Source of the DNA: Candidatus Moraniibacteriota bacterium
GTDB lineage: Bacteria; Patescibacteriota; Minisyncoccia; Moranbacterales; UBA1568
Length of the DNA: 64,000 nucleotides
Reading direction: 5' to 3'
Assembly: GCA_023261645.1 (NCBI GenBank)
Contig: JAHFOO010000004.1
Coordinates: 4,486-68,485, forward strand
Positions 9,848 through 18,436 of this stretch are shown here, in pieces. The translations under genes and the position numbers were made by a program. Each line of letters opens with the position of its first letter. Positions within the stretch are counted from its first letter, which is position 1. The notes beneath the pieces are model-generated. The model made no database searches and was not told the DNA's origin. It saw only the letters and a list, made by a program, of their open reading frames with translations.

Positions 9848-11527
9848 TTGAAAAAGCTGAATTGGACGCGTTTATTCCAGGCTTTGAAAATGAGAGACAA
9901 AATTGTTGTTTCTTTTTTTGCTGTGGCCGGAACAGTTGCACTTCTTTTTTGGCTGGGTGCTTTGTATGTGGTTTCTACGAAAGCGGTTCCGAAAGCCGGC
10001 GGGGAGTATACTGAAGGAGTGGCCGGACAACCGCGCTATGTCAATCCTATTCTCTCACAAACGAGTGAGGCGGATGCCGATTTGGTAGAGCTCATTTATA
10101 GCGGACTGTTCAGTTATGATGCTTCCGGCAATCTCGTGAAGCGTTTGGCAGCGGATTACAATATTTCGGAAGATGGAAAAATCTACACAGTAACTCTGCG
10201 TCCTGGAACCAAATGGCATGATGGAGAGGAATTGACTGCAGACGATGTCTTGTATACCGTCCAAGCCATTCAGAATCCGGCCTACAAAAGCCCTCTGCGT
10301 TCAAGTTGGCAATCTGTCGACGCTGTAGCAGTCGATCGTTATACGGTGACATTTTCGCTACAGAAACCATACTTCGGATTTTTGGAAAACCTGACTGTCG
10401 GTATTCTGCCGAAACATATCTGGGAAAACATCGCTCCGGAGAACTTTTTCTTGGCTGATTATAACCTGGCCCCTATCGGTAGTGGTCCCTACAGCTTCTT
10501 CAAATCTGAGAAAGACTCGAGCGGTAATATGCTTTCGTATGAACTGCGTGCATGGAATAATTATTTCGACGGAGCGCCTTTCATTTCAAAAGTCATCTTT
10601 CATTTCTATCCTGATGAAACCGCTCTCATCGACGCATACAACAGGAAGGAAGTGCTTGGAATCGATTCTGTTATGCCGGAAAACCTACCCAAACTCGAAG
10701 AACGCAAGAGTACGCATATTTATGCCATCAATATCCCGCGCATCTTCTCTGTTTTCTTCAATGTGACCAAAAATATTCCTCTTGCGAGTGACGAAGTGCG
10801 TGAGGCTTTGAATTACGCCACCGATCGGGAAGCAATCATCCAAGAAGTGCTTTCAGGCAAAGGACAACCTGCTTTTGGAGCCTTCCTTCCTTTTATGACG
10901 GGATATGATGCGAGTGTGATTATGCCGTCTTTCGATAAAAATAAAGCGAACGAGATTCTCGATGCACACGGATGGGTACGTGGAGAAGATGGCGTGCGCG
11001 TCAAGGGAGGCGTGGTTTTGGAAATGACGCTGACTGTGCCAGATTGGCCGGAACTCAGTCGCACAGCCGATCTGCTCAAGACACAGTGGGAACAGATAGG
11101 TGCGCGGATAACAGTGAATGTCGTCGGGGCTTCGGATCTCCAGCAGAACATCATCCGTCCACGTGAATATCAGGCACTTCTTTTCGGCGAAGCGGCAATG
11201 CTCGATTCCGACCCGTATTCTTTTTGGCATTCGAGCCAGAAGCGTGATCCGGGATTGAATCTCGCTTTGTTCGATAATAAGGGTGCGGACGATATTCTTG
11301 CATCGCTTCGTGAAGAGTTGGACAAAGAGAAACAGAAAGAACAATACAGAGCTTTTCAAGAAATACTGACCAAAGAAAATCCGGCTGTTTTTCTCTATAC
11401 TCCGACCTATTTGTATGTCGTGAGCAGTACCATCAAAGGAATCGACATACAGAACATCGATACTGCTCATTCTCGTTTGAGTAATATCAAGGATTGGTAT
11501 ATCGATACGAAGAGGATAAAGAAGTAG
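9848..11527 (+). CDS. ABC transporter substrate-binding protein, family 5 (OppA/DppA/NikA-like), orphan (no permease genes nearby)
   Basis: N-terminal TM/signal anchor, SBP_bac_5-like conserved regions. Confidence 0.75.
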   Translation: MKKLNWTRLFQALKMRDKIVVSFFAVAGTVALLFWLGALYVVSTKAVPKAGGEYTEGVAGQPRYVNPILSQTSEADADLVELIYSGLFSYDASGNLVKRLAADYNISEDGKIYTVTLRPGTKWHDGEELTADDVLYTVQAIQNPAYKSPLRSSWQSVDAVAVDRYTVTFSLQKPYFGFLENLTVGILPKHIWENIAPENFFLADYNLAPIGSGPYSFFKSEKDSSGNMLSYELRAWNNYFDGAPFISKVIFHFYPDETALIDAYNRKEVLGIDSVMPENLPKLEERKSTHIYAINIPRIFSVFFNVTKNIPLASDEVREALNYATDREAIIQEVLSGKGQPAFGAFLPFMTGYDASVIMPSFDKNKANEILDAHGWVRGEDGVRVKGGVVLEMTLTVPDWPELSRTADLLKTQWEQIGARITVNVVGASDLQQNIIRPREYQALLFGEAAMLDSDPYSFWHSSQKRDPGLNLALFDNKGADDILASLREELDKEKQKEQYRAFQEILTKENPAVFLYTPTYLYVVSSTIKGIDIQNIDTAHSRLSNIKDWYIDTKRIKK

Positions 11528-11536
11528 AACTTCTTT

Positions 11537-11645
11537 AAATTCCTAATTCCTAATGTCTAATACCTAATAAAAATTCTAACCTCAAATTTTGAAATTAAGA
11601 AATTGGACATTTTATTGGAAATTAGAAATTAGATATTAGAAATTT
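11537..11645. repeat. AT-rich palindromic element built from CCTAATN heptamer arrays (copy A), in promoter region of the PGI/PMI gene
   Basis: cctaattcctaatgtctaatacctaat ... caaattttgaaat ... ggaaattagaaattagatattagaaatt; homologous copy at 36504-36609. Confidence 0.7.
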
Positions 11646-11690
11646 TTTCATTGTAGAGAATAAAGTAATATAATAAGAAATATAAAGAAT

Positions 11691-12734
11691 ATGGAACCCT
11701 CTTCTGTACTCAATCCCTTAGATACATTCAATTTTCGTCAGATGATTATCGATAGTCCCGATCAATTCCGTGTTGGTTTCGAGATTGCCAAGGGTGTCCA
11801 TATTCCAGGGTCTTTCAAATCAGTGATGATATCGGGTATGGGAGGATCGGCGCTTCCTGGCAATATCTTCCGTATCTATCTCAATGATCTTTTTCGCAAA
11901 GACGCCGGAGACGAACAACCGCTCGCCATTTATCAGAATCGTTCCTATACTCTTCCTCCGGAAGCTTTCGATAATTGTCTCAATTTCATTTGTTCTTATT
12001 CCGGCAATACGGAAGAAACCATCGCCTCTTTCGAGATGGCATTGGAGCATCATCTTCCCTGCATCGGACTTTCAAGCGGAGGGAAAGTGGAAGAGATCTG
12101 TCTGGCGAATGATATTCCTCATATCAAATTGCCCGTTCCTTTTCCTGGTTTTCAGCCTCGTGTGGGTACCGGTTATTTCTTTGGATCGATGTTCCAGATA
12201 CTCATCAATCTCGGCTTGGTCCGCGATACCACGGAAGAATTGCTTGCGGAAGCTGAGAAGATAAGACAATCATTGCCAGATTTGGAGGAACAAGGAAAAT
12301 TGTTATCGAAGAAACTCGTCGGCAAGACTCCTGTTATTTATGCTGACACCAAATACAAATCAGTCGCTATGGTGTGGAAGATAAAGTTCAATGAGAATGC
12401 CAAGACCCCGGCTTTCTGGAATTTTTTCCCAGAATTGAATCACAATGAGATGGTGGGGTGGACATTGCCTCAAGGGAAGTTTATGATTCTGATGCTTCGT
12501 GACAATGATACTCATCCGAGAATTCTGAAACGTCTCGAAGTGACAGCGGAGCTACTCCGTGGCAAAGGCATCGAAGTGGAGGCGATCGATATGGTAGGCA
12601 CGAGTGTCTTTGAAAAGATATTCGGGACTATCCTCATCGCAGATTTTGCTTCATATTACTTGGCGCTGGAATATGGACAGAACCCGACACCGGTGGATAT
12701 GGTGGAAGATTTGAAAGAACGTTTAGTTGCTTAA
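11691..12734 (+). CDS. bifunctional phosphoglucose/phosphomannose isomerase (SIS-domain, archaeal-type PGI/PMI)
   Basis: SIS-domain motifs (SGMGGSA, CSYSGNTEET) and PGI/PMI C-terminal region. Confidence 0.75.
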   Translation: MEPSSVLNPLDTFNFRQMIIDSPDQFRVGFEIAKGVHIPGSFKSVMISGMGGSALPGNIFRIYLNDLFRKDAGDEQPLAIYQNRSYTLPPEAFDNCLNFICSYSGNTEETIASFEMALEHHLPCIGLSSGGKVEEICLANDIPHIKLPVPFPGFQPRVGTGYFFGSMFQILINLGLVRDTTEELLAEAEKIRQSLPDLEEQGKLLSKKLVGKTPVIYADTKYKSVAMVWKIKFNENAKTPAFWNFFPELNHNEMVGWTLPQGKFMILMLRDNDTHPRILKRLEVTAELLRGKGIEVEAIDMVGTSVFEKIFGTILIADFASYYLALEYGQNPTPVDMVEDLKERLVA

Positions 12735-12861
12735 ACCCGATAGTGAAACTTCGAAAGTATTGGTCTAGTAATAGCATGAAGGGTTTTGTAATGTTGGTTT
12801 GACTGAGATAGAATATAATTTTTTTAAGAAACTTCGTTTATTCGAAGTTCTACTACCGGGT

Positions 12862-13893
12862 ATGTATAGCGTTATTCTGTGCGGTGGGTCAGGGACACGA
12901 TTGTGGCCGATGAGTCGAAAAAATTTTCCGAAACAGTTTTTGAAACTCTATGGAGACACGTCTCTTTTGCAGGAGACATACCTTCGTATTCGAGAACTTC
13001 TTCCATCGACACATATTTTCTTCGTCACGAACAGAGAGAATTCCCGCAATGTTTCAGAACAGATCCGTGATATTGAGAAAGATTTCAAGGAGGAACAGAT
13101 TATCATCGAACCGGCAGCACGCAATACCGCACCGGCCATTGCTCTTGCGATGAAATACTTGACTGAAAGGGTCGGAATAGATGCAGGAGAATCTGTACTT
13201 TTTCTTCCATCCGATCATTATATCGGGAACAAGAATGTGTATCTGAAGACGATAGAGCGGGCCCTTAGTGCCAAAGAGGATCGCATCGGAACAATCGGTA
13301 TCGTACCGACAAAGGCCGAGACAGGGTATGGATATATCCGCAAGGGAGGAAAGGAATCCAATGACTCTTTCTCCGTACTCGAATTCAAAGAGAAGCCAGA
13401 TAGGGCGACCGCAGAAAAATATCTCGCTTCGGGAGAATATCTCTGGAATTCCGGTATGTATTTTTTCAATGCACGGACGTTCTTCCAGGAACTGAGAGCG
13501 TATGCGCCGGAAATAGCTTCTTTCTTCGAAGATGATTTCGCAACGATCTTGACCAAGTATGCTTCTGCTCCGGCCGTATCCATCGATTATGCCGTATCGG
13601 AGAAATCGAAGCGTGTCGTCGTCTTTGCAGGGGATTTCGGTTGGAGTGATATCGGATCATTTGATAGCCTGGCAGATATTATCGGACACAATCCGGCCGC
13701 GAGACACATCGGTATCGATTCGAAGAACGTGTATACGTACAGTACGGAAAATCGTCTGATAGCGACTATCGGCGTGGAGGATTTGATTGTCGTGGAGACC
13801 AAGGGCAGTATCCTCATTTGCAAGCGCGGACATGCCGAAGATGTCAAAAAAGTAGTGGAAAAATTGAAAGAGAATGAAGAAAAAGAGCTTTAA
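12862..13893 (+). CDS. manC: mannose-1-phosphate guanylyltransferase (GDP-mannose pyrophosphorylase)
   Basis: SVILCGGSGTRLWPMSR...PKQF N-terminal nucleotidyltransferase signature; ATG at 12862 preferred over upstream TTG at 12799. Confidence 0.85.
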   Translation: MYSVILCGGSGTRLWPMSRKNFPKQFLKLYGDTSLLQETYLRIRELLPSTHIFFVTNRENSRNVSEQIRDIEKDFKEEQIIIEPAARNTAPAIALAMKYLTERVGIDAGESVLFLPSDHYIGNKNVYLKTIERALSAKEDRIGTIGIVPTKAETGYGYIRKGGKESNDSFSVLEFKEKPDRATAEKYLASGEYLWNSGMYFFNARTFFQELRAYAPEIASFFEDDFATILTKYASAPAVSIDYAVSEKSKRVVVFAGDFGWSDIGSFDSLADIIGHNPAARHIGIDSKNVYTYSTENRLIATIGVEDLIVVETKGSILICKRGHAEDVKKVVEKLKENEEKEL

Positions 13894-14088
13894 ACAAAGC
13901 ATATATCCGTATCATTATTGACAGAGGCTAAAAGGTGTGCTAAAATAAGTAATCGAGAAACTTGGGTCGATTGACTCTTGTTTTGAAAAGCCTTCTTCAT
14001 TTTTGAACAGATCTTTCCCTGTTAGAAACAAAAGGGATTCTTTTTGTAGAAGTCGATAAAAAATCCTTCGTAGTGTAAACGAAGTATG

Positions 14089-14154
14089 GCCGAGATGGCG
14101 GAATTTCTACCTGTCGGTAGACAGGCCTGCTGCCGGCAGGCAGGGGTAGACGCA
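14089..14154 (+). pseudogene. tRNA-Leu-like 5' fragment (acceptor + D arm) interrupted by palindromic repeat copies
   Basis: GCCGAGATGGCGGAATT[tctacctgtcggtagacaggcctgctgccggcaggcagg]GGTAGACGCA; bracket removed gives canonical tRNA-Leu 5' half; no anticodon or T arm follows. Confidence 0.55.
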
Positions 14155-14181
14155 TAGTAAAGAAACAAGATAGTATGTGGT

Positions 14182-14436
14182 ATGAAATGTTTTGTATATG
14201 CTTTGAAAAGTGATGTGGATGGCAGTTTGTATATAGGGATGTCATCCGATGTTTCAAAAAGATTGAAACAGCATAATAGTGGTATGACTTCCTCAAACCG
14301 TCATCGTACTCCATTTAAATTATTTTATAGTAAAGAATTTGAAACTACGGTAGAAGCAAGAAAATATGAGAAATATTTGAAATCAGGTATAGGAAGAGAG
14401 TTTTTAAAGAATTTACGAGATCAAAAGTCTCATTAA
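14182..14436 (+). CDS. small GIY-YIG nuclease-family protein (UPF0213/YhbQ-like)
   Basis: VYALKSDVDGSLYIGMSSDVSKRLKQHN ... E...ARKYEKYLK GIY-YIG catalytic-core pattern; 84 aa. Confidence 0.7.
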   Translation: MKCFVYALKSDVDGSLYIGMSSDVSKRLKQHNSGMTSSNRHRTPFKLFYSKEFETTVEARKYEKYLKSGIGREFLKNLRDQKSH

Positions 14437-14442
14437 TTGAAA

Positions 14443-14526
14443 GCCCTGGTGGCGGAATTGGTAGACGCACTAGCTTCAGGTGCTAGCGTGAGCAATCACA
14501 TGGGAGTTCGAGTCTCCCCTAGGGCA
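14443..14526 (+). tRNA. tRNA-Leu (anticodon CAG), long variable arm, no encoded CCA
   Basis: cloverleaf: acceptor gccctgg/ctagggc, anticodon loop cuuCAGgu, 16-nt variable arm, T-loop gttcgagtc. Confidence 0.9.
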
Positions 14527-14708
14527 CAACGTAATATAATTTTCCCTTGATAAAAAGAGAGGAGATTCATCTTTCGTGTAATTCATTCTTGCTCTGGATA
14601 ACAAAACACCGAGGTAAGAAAACTAATCAATCTTGCGAATATGCCTCTGCTCTGGTTTCATTATGAAACGTATGTGACGAGAGGCGGTTCGGAGAATAAG
14701 TAAACAGT

Positions 14709-16787
14709 ATGCAAACGAACAATTCGTTTCAGAAGAACCAAAATGCGAGCAGGCCAGCATCGAATAGACCGAGTCTAGACGAACCTCGTAACACTTTTGG
14801 TAGTGGGAATCAAAGTGCTTCCCAAACAGGAGGCCAAAAATCAACCGCCGGTGCTTTCGAAGGCATCGTCGCTCACGCTCAGGCACCTCGTGCCCTGCAC
14901 AAGACGTATGAGCGTACACAACCGTCATCCGGCACTCGGCCGACAGTGAAAGCTGTGACAAAACCGGAGGTACGCAAAACGCATTCTCCTGTGAAACCAC
15001 AGGGACAGAAATCTCCCGGCAAGAAGAGTGGACAAAAAAACAACCGTCGTTTTCCGATGCCGATGAAAAGTCGTTTGGAATCGACGTATAATGGCGTCAG
15101 TATACCGACTCTCGGAGAGAAACGTCTGCGTATCATCCCGCTTGGTGGTCAGGAAGAAGTCGGTCGCAATATGACTGTCTTCGAATATGGAAGTGATATC
15201 GTCATCATCGATATGGGACTGCAGTTTCCGGAAGAAGATATGCCGGGAATCGATTATATCATTCCGAATGCCAGTTATCTGAAAGGTAAAGAAAAGAATA
15301 TCCGTGGCGTGATTTTCACACACGGTCATCTCGACCATATCGGCGCGGCACCGCTTCTTTTGAAACAGCTCGGTTATCCGCCGGTCGTTTCTCGTGATCT
15401 GACATTGGCACTCATCAAACACAAAGTCGAAGACCAGGAAAAAGGAGCAGCCAGTCGTCTCAAGATGGTACGGATCAAAGATGTCAATGACCGTATCAAG
15501 CTCGGCGCTTTCGAAGCACGTTTCTTCGAAGTGGAACACTCCATTATGGATGCCATCGGTATCACTCTTTTGACACCGGTAGGCACAGTTGTCCATATGG
15601 GGGATTGGACGATCGCCAATGATCCGATCGAGGAAAAACAGATTTCTTATAAGCATCTGGCTGATCTCCCTCGTCCGACTATTCTGATGCTCGAGAGTTT
15701 GGGAGCCCTGAAAAAAGGTCTGCCACCATCAGAACAAGAAGTACATCAGAACTTGAAGAATCTCATCAGAAGTGTTCCTGGACGACTGATTATCGGGACA
15801 TTTGCCTCGCAGATCCGTCGTATCAGCTATCTCATCGAGTATGCCGAACAACTTGGCAAGAAAGTCGCTCTCGAAGGGTATAGTATGAAAATGAATATTG
15901 AGGTAGCCAAAGAACTTGGCTATATCAAGGTCAAGAAAGATACGCTCATCACTGTGAATGATATCCACAAGTATGCGGACAATCAGGTGGTGGTGATTTG
16001 TACGGGAGCTCAAGGTGAACTCAATGCCGCGCTCTCTCGCATCGTGACGGACAACCACCGCTTCATCAAATTGCAGAAGAACGATACGATCGTTTTCTCT
16101 TCCTCGGTCATTCCTGGGAATGAGCGGACGATTCAGAGATTGAAGGACAACTTGTATCGTAAGTGTGATAACGTTATCCACAGTGATATTATGGAAATCC
16201 ACATCGGTGGACATTCGACGGCGCAAGGGATGGAAGAGATGCTTCGTCAGGTACAGCCGACCTATTTCCTGCCGGTCTACGCCAACCATTACTTTCTGAA
16301 AGAAGCGGCCAAAATCGCTTTTCGTATGGGCTTTCCACAGCAGAATGTTTTCGTTCTGGATAATGGAGGTGTCTTCGAACTCGATGAGAAGAACGTAGCG
16401 ACGGTACTCAAAGAAAAAGCGGATACGAGCTATGTCTTCATCGACGGTCTGGGTGTCGGAGATATCGGACACGTCGTACTTCGCGATCGGCAGGTGCTTG
16501 CGCAGGACGGTATGGTGGTCATTACCGCCATCATCGATTCCAAAACCAAGAATATCGTCGGTAATATCCAAATCACATCGCGCGGATTCATCCATGTGAA
16601 AGAGAATTTCGATCTCGTGAACGAAACAAAACGCAAAGTGGAAAAAGTGGTGAAGGAAAATACCTCCAAAGATTCTTCCATCGATTGGGATCTCGTCCGC
16701 AATCAGCTCCGCGAAGTCATCGGTCAGTTCCTGTTCACCAAAACAGAGCGTCGTCCGATGGTGCTTCCGGTAGTCATCGAAGTGTAA
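14709..16787 (+). CDS. rnj: ribonuclease J (metallo-beta-lactamase / beta-CASP) with about 120-aa low-complexity N-terminal extension
   Basis: HGHLDHIGA motif, beta-CASP and C-terminal domains; Q/S/P/K-rich extension precedes the canonical start (alternative start MPMKSR at 15063). Confidence 0.85.
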   Translation: MQTNNSFQKNQNASRPASNRPSLDEPRNTFGSGNQSASQTGGQKSTAGAFEGIVAHAQAPRALHKTYERTQPSSGTRPTVKAVTKPEVRKTHSPVKPQGQKSPGKKSGQKNNRRFPMPMKSRLESTYNGVSIPTLGEKRLRIIPLGGQEEVGRNMTVFEYGSDIVIIDMGLQFPEEDMPGIDYIIPNASYLKGKEKNIRGVIFTHGHLDHIGAAPLLLKQLGYPPVVSRDLTLALIKHKVEDQEKGAASRLKMVRIKDVNDRIKLGAFEARFFEVEHSIMDAIGITLLTPVGTVVHMGDWTIANDPIEEKQISYKHLADLPRPTILMLESLGALKKGLPPSEQEVHQNLKNLIRSVPGRLIIGTFASQIRRISYLIEYAEQLGKKVALEGYSMKMNIEVAKELGYIKVKKDTLITVNDIHKYADNQVVVICTGAQGELNAALSRIVTDNHRFIKLQKNDTIVFSSSVIPGNERTIQRLKDNLYRKCDNVIHSDIMEIHIGGHSTAQGMEEMLRQVQPTYFLPVYANHYFLKEAAKIAFRMGFPQQNVFVLDNGGVFELDEKNVATVLKEKADTSYVFIDGLGVGDIGHVVLRDRQVLAQDGMVVITAIIDSKTKNIVGNIQITSRGFIHVKENFDLVNETKRKVEKVVKENTSKDSSIDWDLVRNQLREVIGQFLFTKTERRPMVLPVVIEV

Positions 16788-16895
16788 GAAATAGAATCTT
16801 GATTTTCGAATTTTGAATCTTGGAAAACAGCCTGAAAAGGCTGTTTTTTGTTTTTATGATATAATGAATCCGTGCTAACCGTTAGGATATTTTGT

Positions 16896-17879
16896 ATGAA
16901 AAAAAGGATTTTTTCAGGGATACAGCCGTCAGGGAATCTGCATTTGGGGAATTATCTCGGCGCTATCAAGCAGTGGGTAGACCTCCAGGATGAATACGAG
17001 ACGATTTTTTGTGTGGTGGATTTACACGCCATCACCGTACCTCAAGACCCCGAAGAGCTTCGTAAGAAAACGCTTGAAATTGCCAAGATCTATCTGGCCT
17101 CCGGTATAGATCCGACCAAATCGACACTGTTCGTGCAATCACAGGTGCAGGAACATACGGAACTGGCCTGGATTTTGAATACTCTTGCACGTCTTGGTGA
17201 TTTGGAAAAAATGACACAATTCAAAGATAAGTCAGAAAAGAACGAGAAGGAAACTGTTGGTGTAGGACTTTTTGATTACCCGGTTTTGATGGCGTCGGAT
17301 ATCCTGCTCTATGATACGAATGTCGTACCGGTAGGCAAAGATCAGATGCAACACATCGAACTGACCAGAAACTTGGCAGAACGTTTCAATAAACGCTTCG
17401 GTGAGACGTTCGTCATACCGGAAGGGAAGTTGTCGAAAGAAGGAGCGCTCATTATGGGACTCGATGATCCGACCAAGAAAATGTCCAAGTCTGCTCCAAG
17501 CGAATACAACTACATAGCCCTTTCCGATACGGCTGAGACGGTACACAGGAAAATCAAGAAAGCGGTGACCGATAGCGGATCGGAAATCGTGTATTCCGAT
17601 GATAAACCGGCACTCAAGAATCTCATCAATATCTATTCGCTTCTCTCAGGAAAAACAACGCAGGATATCGAAGTGATGTACGTCGGAAAAGGCTATGGCG
17701 ATTTCAAAACTGATCTCGCAGAGGTAGTGGTGAATTTCCTTGCGCCATTTCAGGAACGTCTCGCAAATATTTCTGATGATGACGCCCTCGCAATCCTCGA
17801 ATCAGGTGCAGAGAAAGCGAGAGAACTGGCTCGAATAAAAATGAAGCAAGTCCGTGAAAAAATAGGACTGCTTGTATAA
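16896..17879 (+). CDS. trpS: tryptophan--tRNA ligase
   Basis: class I HIGH-like (GNLHLGNYLGA) and KMSKS motifs. Confidence 0.9.
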   Translation: MKKRIFSGIQPSGNLHLGNYLGAIKQWVDLQDEYETIFCVVDLHAITVPQDPEELRKKTLEIAKIYLASGIDPTKSTLFVQSQVQEHTELAWILNTLARLGDLEKMTQFKDKSEKNEKETVGVGLFDYPVLMASDILLYDTNVVPVGKDQMQHIELTRNLAERFNKRFGETFVIPEGKLSKEGALIMGLDDPTKKMSKSAPSEYNYIALSDTAETVHRKIKKAVTDSGSEIVYSDDKPALKNLINIYSLLSGKTTQDIEVMYVGKGYGDFKTDLAEVVVNFLAPFQERLANISDDDALAILESGAEKARELARIKMKQVREKIGLLV

Positions 17880-17893
17880 AGAAAAAGGAAATG

Positions 17894-17930
17894 AAAAGCC
17901 CACTACCAGTTTCTGGGGTGGGCTTTTTGG
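17894..17930 (+). terminator. rho-independent terminator after trpS
   Basis: aaagcccac...gtgggcttttt hairpin + T-run. Confidence 0.6.
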
Positions 17931-18206
17931 TGAGGTGTCTCTCATTGTTAACACCTGTTTCTTTCTGCTTGTTCACGTTCAAAGGTGCAGATACTTCCGT
18001 CACACGGAACAGAACCGTGATACAGTTTCCATGTCCGTGCCGAGAGGGCGGTGCAGTAGCATTTCAAACGGGGAGTCTCACTCATTGTCGGATGATTTGA
18101 CTCACGTGGATTTCTTTCCGAAATCGGAAGAAGAAGCAGGCTCGATTGCATTGTTTCCATTTGGATACCTCCTTGGTAAATTTGTGAATGAACGATTTCT
18201 CAGATA

Positions 18207-18232
18207 TGAAAAAACCACCTTTGGGGTGGTTC
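18207..18232 (-). terminator. rho-independent terminator (minus strand) downstream of phosphomannomutase gene
   Basis: aaccacccc aaa ggtggtttttt on minus strand. Confidence 0.5.
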
Positions 18233-18436
18233 AGAAAGAAATAAAAGTCAAGAGAGGCAAAGGATGATAGGCCGATATTCTCTTGTAGAGTATTCCTTTT
18301 TTCATATGTTAAGAATAGTATACCCCCACACCAATTTTTCCACAAGTCCAGAGCATAGAGGCTTTAAGTATCAATATGAATTGGTGTGGGAGTGTACTCC
18401 GAAAAAACAAACTGGCAATATCTTGTCAAGAGTTAT

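Noticed and set aside
11537-11645. Possible CRISPR array suggested by short tandem repeats (CCTAATN)
   Set aside because: The units are 7 nt with 0-1 nt between them. There are no unique spacers of 25-40 nt and no cas genes. It is a heptamer array, not CRISPR.
12799-12861. Upstream TTG start for manC given by the ORF track
   Set aside because: It would add 21 residues (MTEIEYNFFKKLRLFEVLLPG) ahead of the conserved GGxGxRLxP N-terminus. The ATG at 12862 fits the family's canonical start.
14925-16595. Long antisense ORFs (243 and 288 aa) within the RNase J gene
   Set aside because: RNase J assignment on the + strand is unambiguous. The antisense ORFs lack any motif.
17872-18345. ORFs 17872-18267(+) and 18082-18345(-) in the trpS/PMM convergent gap
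   Set aside because: They span two terminators, have no SD and have low-complexity odd composition. The region is more likely noncoding.
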